DNA of 64,000 nt from a virus (IMGVR_UViG_3300029305_011823), one strand, 5' to 3'; positions 18,538 to 29,478 are shown, counted from the first letter of the stretch. The notes: a model not told the origin generated them from the letters alone. Numbers and translations are program-made.

Positions 18538-19719
18538 CTATCCTATTATTGAATATCTAATATAAACTACAGTATATAAATAAAATGCTCTCTTACATGC
18601 ATTTATAGTTGCACTTCTTGTTGTTTTTATATTAGAATTTTTAAATATTTTATCAACTATAGCTTTAAGTTCCTGTAAGTTTTTATCATTTATTTTTTGT
18701 GTTTTATAATAATCTTTCATTTCTATTTCAAAATCGTACGTTTTTAAGTCTTCTACTTTTTTCTTTTTATCGAATAAATAAACTTGTATTATAACTCTAA
18801 CTAATTTCTCGAAATCACGCTCATGATCATTATATACATAATGTAACATGTTTCTGAGATTATTCATAGAACAATCTTTTTCACGTTCACAAACTTGTTC
18901 CATTATCTTCCCGTTAGGATATGTTGATAGTATAAATTTATTCATTACTTTTTGTGTATTTTTTTCAACCATAAATGATACATTATCTGATTCTATGTAT
19001 TCATCTTCAGTATCTATATCTTTATCAACGTTGGAATAATTACCAGCGTCAAAGTCTTTTCTAAATTCAGCATAAAAATTATTCAATAATTTAGCATAAT
19101 CTCTATGATTTCTATTTACCATATCACAAATTGTCTTATCTGTAACTTCAACCCCAACAGTTTCTTTTTTACGTTCAACTAACCAGTTATTTAAAAAAGA
19201 ATCGCCTTTTTTCATTAAAGTTTTTAATATAGAACCACATTTTTTAAAGTCGTTTTTATAAGACAATCTATCAATTGTTGCCTTCATACAATTTATAGTT
19301 TTCTCACTTGTTTGTCTAAAATATTTAGATCTGACATTCTTATAAGCATAAATTGAACAAATTAACATAGATAAGTTAACCATATCTGTTTTTTTCTTAT
19401 TATTGAAATATATAATTAATAGTATCAATAATACATACATTGGATTTTGGACAGTGTGCCAATTATCACCCACATAATCAGAAGCTTTAAGTGCTTGCAT
19501 AACTTCTTCAGGTTGTATATCTATCGCCTGATAAAATTTTGCTTCAACTCTTCTATCAACAAAAACAGTTTTACTAGGTATAGTATCAGATAAAGCTTCA
19601 TTATTTCTTGATATAACTTCATTATAAAACTCTTTTAATTTAGCTACGTTATTAGATTGTGATAAAGCTTTTTCTAATCTTGGATATAAACGTGTATAAA
19701 TAACAGTACTATCAGCCAT
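18538..19719 (-). CDS. hypothetical late protein co-transcribed with vRNAP subunit
   Basis: 393-aa ORF, RBS, late promoter 19756-19767. Confidence 0.7.
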   Translation of the reverse strand: MADSTVIYTRLYPRLEKALSQSNNVAKLKEFYNEVISRNNEALSDTIPSKTVFVDRRVEAKFYQAIDIQPEEVMQALKASDYVGDNWHTVQNPMYVLLILLIIYFNNKKKTDMVNLSMLICSIYAYKNVRSKYFRQTSEKTINCMKATIDRLSYKNDFKKCGSILKTLMKKGDSFLNNWLVERKKETVGVEVTDKTICDMVNRNHRDYAKLLNNFYAEFRKDFDAGNYSNVDKDIDTEDEYIESDNVSFMVEKNTQKVMNKFILSTYPNGKIMEQVCEREKDCSMNNLRNMLHYVYNDHERDFEKLVRVIIQVYLFDKKKKVEDLKTYDFEIEMKDYYKTQKINDKNLQELKAIVDKIFKNSNIKTTRSATINACKRAFYLYTVVYIRYSIIG

Positions 19720-19804
19720 TTAAATCACTCCTCTCATTAAATTCAAAACAGTTCTTAGTCAATTGTTTCGGGACATAGAAAAAAAGATAGCTTATAAGCT
19801 ATCT

Positions 19805-20443
19805 TTAATTATTATTAAAGAAAGGTAATAATTTATCAAAATCTATATCACTTTCTTCATCTTTTTTATCTTTGACTGATTTGTTTACACTATAAGCGGC
19901 TGTGCTAATTGTAACATCTATTAGTTCTGGAACATAAATAGCTGGGTATGTCTTAAGCAATTCTTTTGTAGCAAATATCTTATTTTTATTTGGAAATTGA
20001 TTTTCCCATGAAATTGCTGTACTCACATTATTCCCACATTTATAAACATTTGTTATTGTATGTGTTATTAAAACATTATTGACCGCATTAAACTTAGAAT
20101 TTTTATTATTTAGTTTATTATTATAATCGTTTAATTTTTCTGCTGCATAGTTAACACCAAAAACGCTAACATATTTTTTAACTACAGTTTTAGCAGATTC
20201 TGCAGTTTCATTGTTTAATGAACATAACATTCTACAATTTGGTAAAGTTGTTGCTTGTGCTGTAGCATATACTTTTAATGCAGTTGTTGCAACATTCACT
20301 GTCGCTTTAACAGGATGTTCTTTAGCATATGCTATTTCTTTTTTAATTTTATTTTTAACTGGATGTGTTACTCTAGACATTTCAGCCTCTATTCTACTAT
20401 ATAATATACTACTTTCAACTTTTCCTTTTAATTTTTTAAACAT
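19805..20443 (-). CDS. hypothetical early protein
   Basis: ORF, RBS, early promoter ~20479. Confidence 0.6.
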   Translation of the reverse strand: MFKKLKGKVESSILYSRIEAEMSRVTHPVKNKIKKEIAYAKEHPVKATVNVATTALKVYATAQATTLPNCRMLCSLNNETAESAKTVVKKYVSVFGVNYAAEKLNDYNNKLNNKNSKFNAVNNVLITHTITNVYKCGNNVSTAISWENQFPNKNKIFATKELLKTYPAIYVPELIDVTISTAAYSVNKSVKDKKDEESDIDFDKLLPFFNNN

Positions 20444-20546
20444 AAACATTACCTCCAAATTATATTAATATTGTATTTCACTATTATAATATGGTATCGA
20501 AATTCTATAAATTGCAATAAAAGAATAGATACCTTAGGTATCTATT

Positions 20547-21230
20547 CTACATAACTTTACAAAATGCAAATTTTACTATCTTTCCAGATTCTGAATCATA
20601 CCATACCCAACCACCATCGCTTATTAGATAAACCTTTTCCCTGTGAAACAATTTAAATCTTCTAGCAGATTCTAAAATTTTATTTCTCTGCTCAATATCC
20701 CAAGGATTGTAATGTGGTAAGATTACAAAATCTTTTATAAATCTTATTCCCCTAAAGCACTTATATCCAGCATAATCATTATCAGGATATACGAAAAATC
20801 TTCTACTCCAAAACATAGATCCAGCCGATTCCCCTACAACTATTTTACATTGTTTTATCATGTTGGTTAATTTAAGTTCTTTTAATATTTTTACTATATT
20901 TTCTGGAAATCCTCCTGGTAGATAAACTATCGTATTATCTGCAAGAAGTTTATGTTTTATTAATCCTATAGAATCTGTAAATCTATTAATAACTACAACC
21001 CTATCAGGATTTATACCTATATTAACAAAAGGTTCTATAGTTTTCCAAAATATAGATTCCTTATTAAATGGATTTCTGTCAAAACGTTTATAAATATCTT
21101 CAGCACACCTTAAATACTCAAAATGATTTGCAAATGGAAGAACCACTAATTGAGTTTGACTATTTATATTCTCCTTTAAATAATCTATGGATTCAACTCC
21201 ACTTGAAACGCTTGTTAAAAATAATTGCAT
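20547..21230 (-). CDS. peptidase S51 / PepE-like (class I GATase fold)
   Basis: LFLTS, YLPGG, GESAG nucleophile elbow, LPHY. Confidence 0.8.
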   Translation of the reverse strand: MQLFLTSVSSGVESIDYLKENINSQTQLVVLPFANHFEYLRCAEDIYKRFDRNPFNKESIFWKTIEPFVNIGINPDRVVVINRFTDSIGLIKHKLLADNTIVYLPGGFPENIVKILKELKLTNMIKQCKIVVGESAGSMFWSRRFFVYPDNDYAGYKCFRGIRFIKDFVILPHYNPWDIEQRNKILESARRFKLFHREKVYLISDGGWVWYDSESGKIVKFAFCKVM

Positions 21231-21242
21231 GATTTCAGCCCC

Positions 21243-21698
21243 CTATTTTTTATTTTTTTCTTTAAGATATTTTTCCTCCCTAGCATTGTCTCTAGCTTTA
21301 TAATCATTATGGAATGTTTTGAAAAGTGCACCCCAACATAATAATCCTATCAGATTGGCTGCTCCAGCACTCATGATACCAGCTGCATTTAAGCCACAAG
21401 AAGCAGCATCAACAGCAAGTATTTTCATTACACCACTTTGACGCTTTCTCCATTCTTCGAAATCTTTGGCATATTTTTTAGCTAAGGCTTCTCTTTCTTT
21501 ATCAGTTTTAGCATTTCTAAATTCATATTTTATATTTTTGTCTTCATATTTATATACAAGATAATTTATAAATGCAAACTTAAATTTCGATTTATTCATT
21601 TTATCAGATTCACTTTTATGTGCTTCTAATATAGTGCTATTATAAGCACCGTATATATTTTCCATTCTTTCTTCTACATATTCTTTAAAATTATCCAT
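21243..21698 (-). CDS. hypothetical late protein, paralog of 21716-22099
   Basis: Shared IY.AY.STILE and EF.NAK...A.A.KY..DF. Confidence 0.65.
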   Translation of the reverse strand: MDNFKEYVEERMENIYGAYNSTILEAHKSESDKMNKSKFKFAFINYLVYKYEDKNIKYEFRNAKTDKEREALAKKYAKDFEEWRKRQSGVMKILAVDAASCGLNAAGIMSAGAANLIGLLCWGALFKTFHNDYKARDNAREEKYLKEKNKK

Positions 21699-21715
21699 GT
21701 TAACACTTCCCTTCT

Positions 21716-22099
21716 TTAAAATCCTTTACTTAATTCTCTACCGTAATATTGAATATCATCTGCTAACATTATTTTATACATTTTGTTAGTAACATCTTTA
21801 GGTATAAGTCCTGTAAAGTCAGCCGCTATTAATCCCCAACGTATTGCGGATGGTATAAATTTCTTAGGCTGTTGTTTTATAAACCTTTGAAAGTCATCTT
21901 GATATTTATCAGCAACTGCTTTGGCGTCTTCTTTGTTTTTAGCATTTGTGAACTCTTTTTTATCAAAATCAGGATATTGTTGTTTTAAATATCTATAGAA
22001 ATCATTTCGCATCATGTCAGCTTTTATATATTCTTTTTGTTTTCTAAATTCTTCTAATATAGTACTGTCATACGCTTCATATATTCTTTCAATATCCAT
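21716..22099 (-). CDS. hypothetical late protein, paralog of 21243-21698
   Basis: Same shared motifs; late promoter 22136-22147. Confidence 0.65.
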   Translation of the reverse strand: MDIERIYEAYDSTILEEFRKQKEYIKADMMRNDFYRYLKQQYPDFDKKEFTNAKNKEDAKAVADKYQDDFQRFIKQQPKKFIPSAIRWGLIAADFTGLIPKDVTNKMYKIMLADDIQYYGRELSKGF

Positions 22100-22182
22100 G
22101 TTATCACCTTCTTTTTTGTTATATATTTCAATCATTAATGATTTGTTTCAGTTGAGGTAAAAAAGAATAGATACCGAAGTAT

Positions 22183-24582
22183 CTATTCTACAACTAATTC
22201 CAGAACAATATCCTTATTCTTTAATGTTACCATTTTCTTACAAGGATGATTTCTTGTTAATTCTGGAATATCTTTTACTTTAAATTCGTTTTCTGTAAAT
22301 TGCGTATAAACCATTACTCTATTTGTCATCTTAACTGATTTAACACAAACTACAACTTCATTTTTCTCCAATCTAGTTAATTGTAATGTTGGAGATTTTC
22401 TTTTCATTGTTTTAAATTGATTTAAGTTGCATAATTTCATTTTACCTTTTGAAGTTAATACTACTATATATTTATGATTCTTATTTATTATAGCAGTTCC
22501 TGCAACTTCATCATTACCTGCTAAATCTATTGTAACTATACCATAAGCAGCTCTACCACATTCTCTTATATCATCTGTACTTATTCTTATAGCTCCACCT
22601 TCTTTTGTATATATAACTATATCTTTCTTTCCAAATAATACGTCAACTGAAACTAATTCATCATCGTCTGCTAATTTAATAGCTGTTACTGTTCCTCTTA
22701 TCTTTTGGAAATTCTTATAACTTAATTTCTTACTTAAACCTTTCTTAGTTGTTAATACTAAGAATACCTCTTCATCTTTAATAGTTTCTGGTGGTTTAGG
22801 GAATGATGTTACTATATTCCCTGCTACTGTAACCATTGTGGATATATCAATTCCACCACTATCTATTGGAGTTGAACTTATATCATTTACATCTATATTA
22901 CTCATATTACCTCTTTTGTCAAACACTAATATACTGCCTCTATTATTTACTGGGAATAAATCTTTACCTTTATCACCATCTTCTAACTGACCTATTCCAT
23001 TTACATTCGCATCTAATTTCTTTATTCTACCATTTTTAGTTATCACTATCTTATGATCTGAATCAGGTATAAACTTACTATCACCAAATGTTACTATATC
23101 ACTGCTTCTTGGTCTACTAAATAATTCTATACCTTCTTTTAATTCATCTTTGATTATATTATCTATCAATTTAGATGATTTTGTTATAACTAATAATTCA
23201 TCCAATTCTTTATTGATTTCTTCTAATTCTTCTCTATATTTTCTATGGGCTTCTTTGTTAAATGCTGTTACTCGCATCTTAGCAATATTGTTTGCTTGTA
23301 ATGTTGATATACCAAACGTTGAAACTAATTTACTTTGGAATTCTTCTGTATTTTCAGATTTAGTTGCTAATGATATCGTAGTTTTACCATTCTTTTCATT
23401 TGTTATAAATATTAGAACTTCTAAGATATGTTTTCTTTCCATCTTCTTAGTTATCTTTTTATTTATCTGTCTTCTTTTAATATCTCTTCTAAATGCTATC
23501 CAATCCAATAATAAAGTTCTAACTGTATAATGCTTAGAACAATATTCATCTATTAATGTAAGGTCATAACTAGCTGTAGATAACATTGTTGTTTTCTTAT
23601 ATAACAAATCTAAATTTTTATCTAAATCACTACCTGGTTTAAATAATATTTCTATACTTAATTTACCTTCTTCACCTTTTTTCTTTTTACTTTTATTATG
23701 TCTCTGATCGTTTATGTTATGAACATCAATAAATCCGACTAACTCTCCTGATTTACCCATTTCTACAACTTTTTCTGTTATAGCAGCTAGGTTAGTTCCT
23801 TGAGGTACTGATAAAACTTCTATCTTGCATTCCTCATAATTTATATTAACTTTAGATTTCATTCTAAAGCTTCCCTTACCAGTTCTTCTTATTTCATCAA
23901 ATTGTCCGTCATCTACTATCTCACAATTATTAGGAATGTCAGGATATAATAATTTGTCATATGATGGATTATCCATTAGTTTTAATGTAAACTCAACCAA
24001 CTCTTTAAAGTTGTAATTTGGATATTGTGAATAAGCCCCATAGCCTATACTTTTATTTGATTTTGTAAGAGCTATTGGATATCTTGATGGTAGATATTCT
24101 GGCTCATATATACCTTCTATAAAACCAGGTTTCATTTCTACTAAATCTTCATCAAAATCTTCAAAATAACATTTATAAGCAAACTTGCTCAATCTAAGTT
24201 CAAGATAACGACTAGCGGCTGCTTCATCCCCAACTATATTACCATAAGAACCAGATCCATCTATAAACTCACATGCATTCTCCCAAGGTCTAGCTAATTT
24301 AACTGCTGTGTTGTAAATATTTACATCACCGTGCGGATGTCTTGTCATTGTAGCCCCTATTGCTAAAGCCATCTTTTTATAATTCGCCCAAGGATAAGCT
24401 TTAACATCATGGAACATACTATAAAGCAATCTTCTTTCACCTGGCAACAATCCGTCATTCATTGATGGTATATGTCTATATAAATTTTTATTAGGGGCGT
24501 AGATGCTAATAGCATCATACGCCTTATCCTTTAATTCCATTTCTGTAACATTTTCTTTAAATTTAAATTCATCTTTTCTCAT
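22183..24582 (-). CDS. gyrA: type IIA topoisomerase subunit A (GyrA/ParC-like)
   Basis: DGLLPGERRLLY, HPHGD, catalytic AAASRY, C-terminal beta-pinwheel repeats. Confidence 0.9.
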   Translation of the reverse strand: MRKDEFKFKENVTEMELKDKAYDAISIYAPNKNLYRHIPSMNDGLLPGERRLLYSMFHDVKAYPWANYKKMALAIGATMTRHPHGDVNIYNTAVKLARPWENACEFIDGSGSYGNIVGDEAAASRYLELRLSKFAYKCYFEDFDEDLVEMKPGFIEGIYEPEYLPSRYPIALTKSNKSIGYGAYSQYPNYNFKELVEFTLKLMDNPSYDKLLYPDIPNNCEIVDDGQFDEIRRTGKGSFRMKSKVNINYEECKIEVLSVPQGTNLAAITEKVVEMGKSGELVGFIDVHNINDQRHNKSKKKKGEEGKLSIEILFKPGSDLDKNLDLLYKKTTMLSTASYDLTLIDEYCSKHYTVRTLLLDWIAFRRDIKRRQINKKITKKMERKHILEVLIFITNEKNGKTTISLATKSENTEEFQSKLVSTFGISTLQANNIAKMRVTAFNKEAHRKYREELEEINKELDELLVITKSSKLIDNIIKDELKEGIELFSRPRSSDIVTFGDSKFIPDSDHKIVITKNGRIKKLDANVNGIGQLEDGDKGKDLFPVNNRGSILVFDKRGNMSNIDVNDISSTPIDSGGIDISTMVTVAGNIVTSFPKPPETIKDEEVFLVLTTKKGLSKKLSYKNFQKIRGTVTAIKLADDDELVSVDVLFGKKDIVIYTKEGGAIRISTDDIRECGRAAYGIVTIDLAGNDEVAGTAIINKNHKYIVVLTSKGKMKLCNLNQFKTMKRKSPTLQLTRLEKNEVVVCVKSVKMTNRVMVYTQFTENEFKVKDIPELTRNHPCKKMVTLKNKDIVLELVVE

Positions 24583-24596
24583 ATATTTACCTCCTT

Positions 24597-27023
24597 TTAG
24601 TTATCAAAGATATCCCTTGAAGGTTTTAATTCTTCAACTAATTTTCTTCTACTCTCCATATTAGATTTACCTTTTCCTAATAGTTTGTCGTACATTTTAT
24701 ACGTTTCCATTAAATCACTTACTGTTAATTGAATTAATGTTCTTTTCTCCGGGTTCATTACTGTTTCCCACATATCTACGCTCGAAAGTTCCCCCAACCC
24801 TTTATATCTTAAATCTATTCCTGGTTGTAACTTAACTGTTAATTGTAAGAATTCACCAATACTAAGTTTCCCTCTAAATTCTCTTCCATCTTTATATTTT
24901 TCAACCACTTTATAATATTGACTATTATTTTTATCCATAAGATCTTTAAGTTTTTCCGTTTTCTTATCAAATAATCTATCAACTGTAAATATTTGATATG
25001 CCCCCTCATATATTCCTTCAACTATCATGTCAGTTTTATTATCTTTATCAAATTCAATTTTTATCTCTGGGAATTTCTTAGCCATATTTTTCTTAAAGTT
25101 TTTATCATTTTTATATTTTATAACATATTCTATTAATGTCGAATTTGCACTATAATGATCTTTACATCTATTTAATTCATCAAGATAATATTGATTTAAT
25201 TGTAAAAATTCTAACATTTCTCTCTTAGTTAATTCTTTTCCTCCATCTTCTTGTAATGTATATTTATCTAAGATATTTCTAAAATATACATTTTGATATT
25301 GTTCTTTATCTGTTACGAATGGAGTTTTCTTATCTTTTATTTTATATAATGGGGGAACTGATAAATATAATCTCCCATCATATATTAAATCAGGCATATG
25401 TTTTAAGAAGAATCCACCTAATAATGAGAAGATATAGAATCCATCTACATCTCCATCACTACACATTATCACTTTATCAAATCTACATTTACTTACGTCA
25501 AAATTATCTCCAATACCTGCATTAATTGCTCTTGTTAAATTCTTAAATGTTTCATTCTTTGTATATACATCATTACTACTCATTGTATATGCTTCTCCTG
25601 GAACACCTCTCATTGTATACATTGCTTGATAATCTGCATCTCTTGCTTGTGTACCATTTGATTTAACTGATAACCCCTCAAATATAAATAACTCTCTATA
25701 ATCCTTTTTACCTTTCTTATTTGCAGGGAAATAATTTGGTATTGAATGTTCTGCAACTGCTCCAACTTCTCTTTTAATTACTGCTTGTTTTGCTTTTGTA
25801 GATTCATATCTTGCTTTAGCATTTGCTTTAATTAAATTTGTGTATGTTTTAAGTTCCTTAGGATTATTCTCAAAGAATACTGTTAACTGAGATCTTACTA
25901 TTTCTTTTAATGGTTTAACCATCTTAGCATTTTCTATTTTTGTTTTTGTTTGCGATGTGAATCTAACTTCCATAGATGTACTTATATTTAATGCAACCAC
26001 CAAACAAGATGTGATATCGTTATATATGATACTATATTTTTCTTTTTCTTTATCTGTTAATATATCTCTAGTTTTTCTACTTAGATATTCACATATTGCT
26101 GTAACTACTGCATTTAAATGGTCCCCACCATCTTCTGTATATACAAAGTTACAGAAAGATTTGGCTTGAGTTTCTAATAAATTCACGTTTAAAGCAAATG
26201 CGAATTCTAACTCTAATTCTCTAGGCATCATTTTTTCTTCAACTTTACCACCAGGTTTAATTATTCTAACCTCTTCTTCAACTTTTGCTAAACCTGAAGC
26301 TCTGGTTATATTTGTATTATTTTTAGGAGACATTTCAACTAATAAATCTCCAACACCATTCTTACTACGTTCAAAGGTATATCTTTTAATTTTACCTTTC
26401 TTTTCAATTTCAAGTTCTATTATAATACCGTCATTTAAGAAATGTTTTATATTTTCAAGCCATTCTATTAAATACTCACCCCTCATTTGACACGGTCCCA
26501 TATATTTTTCATCAGGTGTAAATGTTACTATCGTACCATGTCTTTCTTTATCTTTACATTTTACTACAGTTCCATCTTGAACTTGAACACCATTTTTAAA
26601 TTCAACTACACCATATTCTCCTAATTTATATACTTCTAATTTAAAATATTTAGAGAAAGCATTTGTAGCTTTTATACCACAACCATTAACTCCTGCTGAG
26701 CGTTGTCCATATAACTTATTAAATTTTGTACTTGACTGTAATTTTGTACACGCATCTAACATTTTATCAAATGGTAAACCTCTACCATCATCTTCAGACG
26801 TAAACGTATTTGTATCTTCATTTAAATATAAATATATATTTTCTCCTGGTGAATTGACATTTATACATTCATCTATGTTATTATTAATACATTCTTTTGC
26901 TAGATGTATTGCTCCTAATTCTCCAAGACGAGATATATACATATATGGTGCACTACGTAACTTATCCAAATCATTTTCAACAACTTGCATTGTTTCTTCA
27001 ATAAATTTTTTATTTTTAGCCAT
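24597..27023 (-). CDS. gyrB: type IIA topoisomerase subunit B (GyrB/ParE-like)
   Basis: P.MYI, ECINNNIDE, DDGRGLP, GVNGCG, TOPRIM FEG / DGDVDG, PPLY, RYKGLGE. Confidence 0.9.
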   Translation of the reverse strand: MAKNKKFIEETMQVVENDLDKLRSAPYMYISRLGELGAIHLAKECINNNIDECINVNSPGENIYLYLNEDTNTFTSEDDGRGLPFDKMLDACTKLQSSTKFNKLYGQRSAGVNGCGIKATNAFSKYFKLEVYKLGEYGVVEFKNGVQVQDGTVVKCKDKERHGTIVTFTPDEKYMGPCQMRGEYLIEWLENIKHFLNDGIIIELEIEKKGKIKRYTFERSKNGVGDLLVEMSPKNNTNITRASGLAKVEEEVRIIKPGGKVEEKMMPRELELEFAFALNVNLLETQAKSFCNFVYTEDGGDHLNAVVTAICEYLSRKTRDILTDKEKEKYSIIYNDITSCLVVALNISTSMEVRFTSQTKTKIENAKMVKPLKEIVRSQLTVFFENNPKELKTYTNLIKANAKARYESTKAKQAVIKREVGAVAEHSIPNYFPANKKGKKDYRELFIFEGLSVKSNGTQARDADYQAMYTMRGVPGEAYTMSSNDVYTKNETFKNLTRAINAGIGDNFDVSKCRFDKVIMCSDGDVDGFYIFSLLGGFFLKHMPDLIYDGRLYLSVPPLYKIKDKKTPFVTDKEQYQNVYFRNILDKYTLQEDGGKELTKREMLEFLQLNQYYLDELNRCKDHYSANSTLIEYVIKYKNDKNFKKNMAKKFPEIKIEFDKDNKTDMIVEGIYEGAYQIFTVDRLFDKKTEKLKDLMDKNNSQYYKVVEKYKDGREFRGKLSIGEFLQLTVKLQPGIDLRYKGLGELSSVDMWETVMNPEKRTLIQLTVSDLMETYKMYDKLLGKGKSNMESRRKLVEELKPSRDIFDN

Positions 27024-27036
27024 TTTACATACCTCC

Positions 27037-27856
27037 TTAATTATATAAATCAAACTTATAATTTTTCATAGCAACATAAATATCTTCGGGAATTTTTCCT
27101 TTATAAAATTCAGCACAATCTTGTATATATTTTTCTTTATATTTTTTGTATATATTAAATGCCTCATCTAATGTTTCGGTTGAAACTTGTGTTAAATGAA
27201 CCTCTCCATCTTTATTAACATATCTTAATTTACATGTTCTATAAGGTTTACTTTTATTATTACTATCAAAATATACACCTATAGGTAATTCATTCTCTTT
27301 TTTAGGTTGTTGCTTAAATAATTGATTTATACTATCAGGAACTAATCTACATGTTTCTGGTGAATAAATCTTATTTTTAGGAAATAATATATCTTTATCT
27401 AAGCATAATTTTTCTTTACATGTATATTTATTTTCGTTATACCATTTAGCAAAATTTTGGAAACACCACCATTCTTTACAAATTGTAACATCTGCATAAG
27501 ATGGTTTATTCCCAATATAATTTTCAGCACGTCTATGCATAGCTAACCATACATTGAATTCGGGTGTCATATACTTTTTTCCGTTTTCACGATAACCTGT
27601 AATATATGGACCTTTACCGACATAACCATTAAACCCGTATTCTACTCTGTTATAATTTTTTTGCAATACCATCTCTAAAGTTACTATATTTTATGTTTAT
27701 TATACATTCATTTCCGTCTAAAAACTTTACATCAACTCTATAATCTGGATAACATTTTATTATTTCCATACGTTCACCTAATTTATTTACACCTATCTGT
27801 CCTACCCGTTCTTCTATAGGTTTATATTCATTTAAAAATTCTTTATTTTTACTCAT
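27037..27856 (-). pseudogene. HNH/AP2-type homing-endonuclease-like gene split by a frameshift in an A7 run
   Basis: ORFs 27650-27856 and 27037-27672 join as ...FRDGIAK-NYNRVEYG if one A is removed at 27656-27662; W..M..R, EWWCFQNFAKW, LDKDIL, YSPETC, LPIGV motifs. Confidence 0.65.
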
Positions 27857-27932
27857 ATAATACCTCCTATTAATGGTATTTACACTTATTTGTTGGTAAA
27901 AATATAATAATTAATACAGAGTAACCCCTGTA

Positions 27933-28613
27933 TTAATTATTATAATCATCTTCTTCTTCATAATACCAACCTCCTTCAGGTTCCTCCCAATCACTAAGAT
28001 TGAAATGTAAGAATGTTGAATCTATTTCGTCTGAAACATTCTTTAGACAATCACTAAATCCTTCTCTATAAGGAACCCAAAGTTTTCTATTTTCTAATAT
28101 ATCCATTGCTAATACCGTCATACATCCATTTTCTATGTCATGTCTAAAATCTCTATTTATATATTCAATATAATCTATAAAATCATGCGTTTCATAAATA
28201 TCAAAATCGTGTGTATAACCAATAGATTCTAATGCTTTTCTTGCATTCTCTATAAATAATTCAACTTCTTTTTCATCTGTAGCATGTATAGAATCCTGTA
28301 CATGCTTATTAGTTTCATGATCTGTCATCCAATCTCTATAGAAATGTCTTTCATCCTCCCACGTAACAAATCCATAAAATTCTACACTCCATTCTAACGC
28401 TATATCGAACAAATTATATTTAGCTTTCCATTCATCATATTCTTCTCGAAGTTTTTCTATTTTCTCTTCTACTTTCCTAGCTCGTTCATTTTCCATTTCT
28501 TCTTCTAATGCACTCATACCTTCTCTAAAATGTCTAACTCTTTCATAACCTAATTCTCTAAATGTTTCATGCCATTCCATATATTCTTTCTTTAATTCTT
28601 CTAAATTTTTCAT
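27933..28613 (-). CDS. hypothetical acidic early protein
   Basis: ORF, RBS, early promoter ~28650. Confidence 0.65.
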   Translation of the reverse strand: MKNLEELKKEYMEWHETFRELGYERVRHFREGMSALEEEMENERARKVEEKIEKLREEYDEWKAKYNLFDIALEWSVEFYGFVTWEDERHFYRDWMTDHETNKHVQDSIHATDEKEVELFIENARKALESIGYTHDFDIYETHDFIDYIEYINRDFRHDIENGCMTVLAMDILENRKLWVPYREGFSDCLKNVSDEIDSTFLHFNLSDWEEPEGGWYYEEEDDYNN

Positions 28614-28712
28614 ACCAATACCTCCAATATTTTTTATTTTTATTTCATTGTTATAATATATAATTGAAATAACACCTTTTTACGATAGCAAAAAAAAGAT
28701 AAGGAAGCACCC

Positions 28713-28895
28713 TTATCTTTTCTTTCCTTGTTTTAATTTATATTCATCAGACACAACCTGATAAAATACCATTCGATCTTCATTAATTTCATTATAATGT
28801 TTACACCAATGCTTAGCATCCCATTCAAGAATTAAATCATCTCTTACTAATTCATCCTCATATATCATATAAGCACATCTTTTAACTATTTTCAT
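28713..28895 (-). CDS. small hypothetical protein
   Basis: ORF with GGAGG RBS. Confidence 0.55.
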   Translation of the reverse strand: MKIVKRCAYMIYEDELVRDDLILEWDAKHWCKHYNEINEDRMVFYQVVSDEYKLKQGKKR

Positions 28896-28976
28896 AATTA
28901 ATTACCTCCTAATTATTTTATTATATTAATGTTGAGGAACATATAAAAAATAACAGGATAAATCCTGTTATTATAA

Positions 28977-29129
28977 TTACCAAAATCTTTTACAATGTGC
29001 TTCTTGCATTGCTTTTACAACTACATCAAGTTCTTCATCGTTTAAATTTTTAAACAGTTTTCCTAAAGCCCATACTGCTACAGCTTCTACTACTATAACT
29101 ACTCCAAATATTACCATTACATTCATCAT
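28977..29129 (-). CDS. small membrane protein (50 aa)
   Basis: Manual ORF MMNVMVIFG..., AGGAGG RBS. Confidence 0.55.
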   Translation of the reverse strand: MMNVMVIFGVVIVVEAVAVWALGKLFKNLNDEELDVVVKAMQEAHCKRFW

Positions 29130-29142
29130 ATATAACTACCTC

Positions 29143-29292
29143 CTAATTAAATTCATTATATTTATCTATTGCTTCTACTTCATTATCAAACAGGTAGAAA
29201 TATAATATTCTACCTGCATATATAACATTAACTTTCCAATCATCATGAATTACTTCTACTTCATATCCAATTCTATTTAATTTCTTTTTCAT
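29143..29292 (-). CDS. small hypothetical protein (49 aa)
   Basis: Manual ORF MKKKLNRIG..., AGGAAG RBS. Confidence 0.5.
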   Translation of the reverse strand: MKKKLNRIGYEVEVIHDDWKVNVIYAGRILYFYLFDNEVEAIDKYNEFN

Positions 29293-29307
29293 AATATCAC
29301 TTCCTAA

Positions 29308-29478
29308 TTAAAATAAATAACCAAAAGCTGCCCATAATAATAAAGGTATCATTAATATCGGACAGAATGTAAATATTAAGAATATACCAAAACATGCAGC
29401 AACCATATATAATATATATTTTATAAAATTTCTAAAACCAAGCATTAATAATAACACTAAAAACGCAACTATCCACAT
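29308..29478 (-). CDS. small hydrophobic membrane protein (56 aa)
   Basis: Manual ORF MWIVAFLV..., GGAGG RBS. Confidence 0.55.
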   Translation of the reverse strand: MWIVAFLVLLLMLGFRNFIKYILYMVAACFGIFLIFTFCPILMIPLLLWAAFGYLF

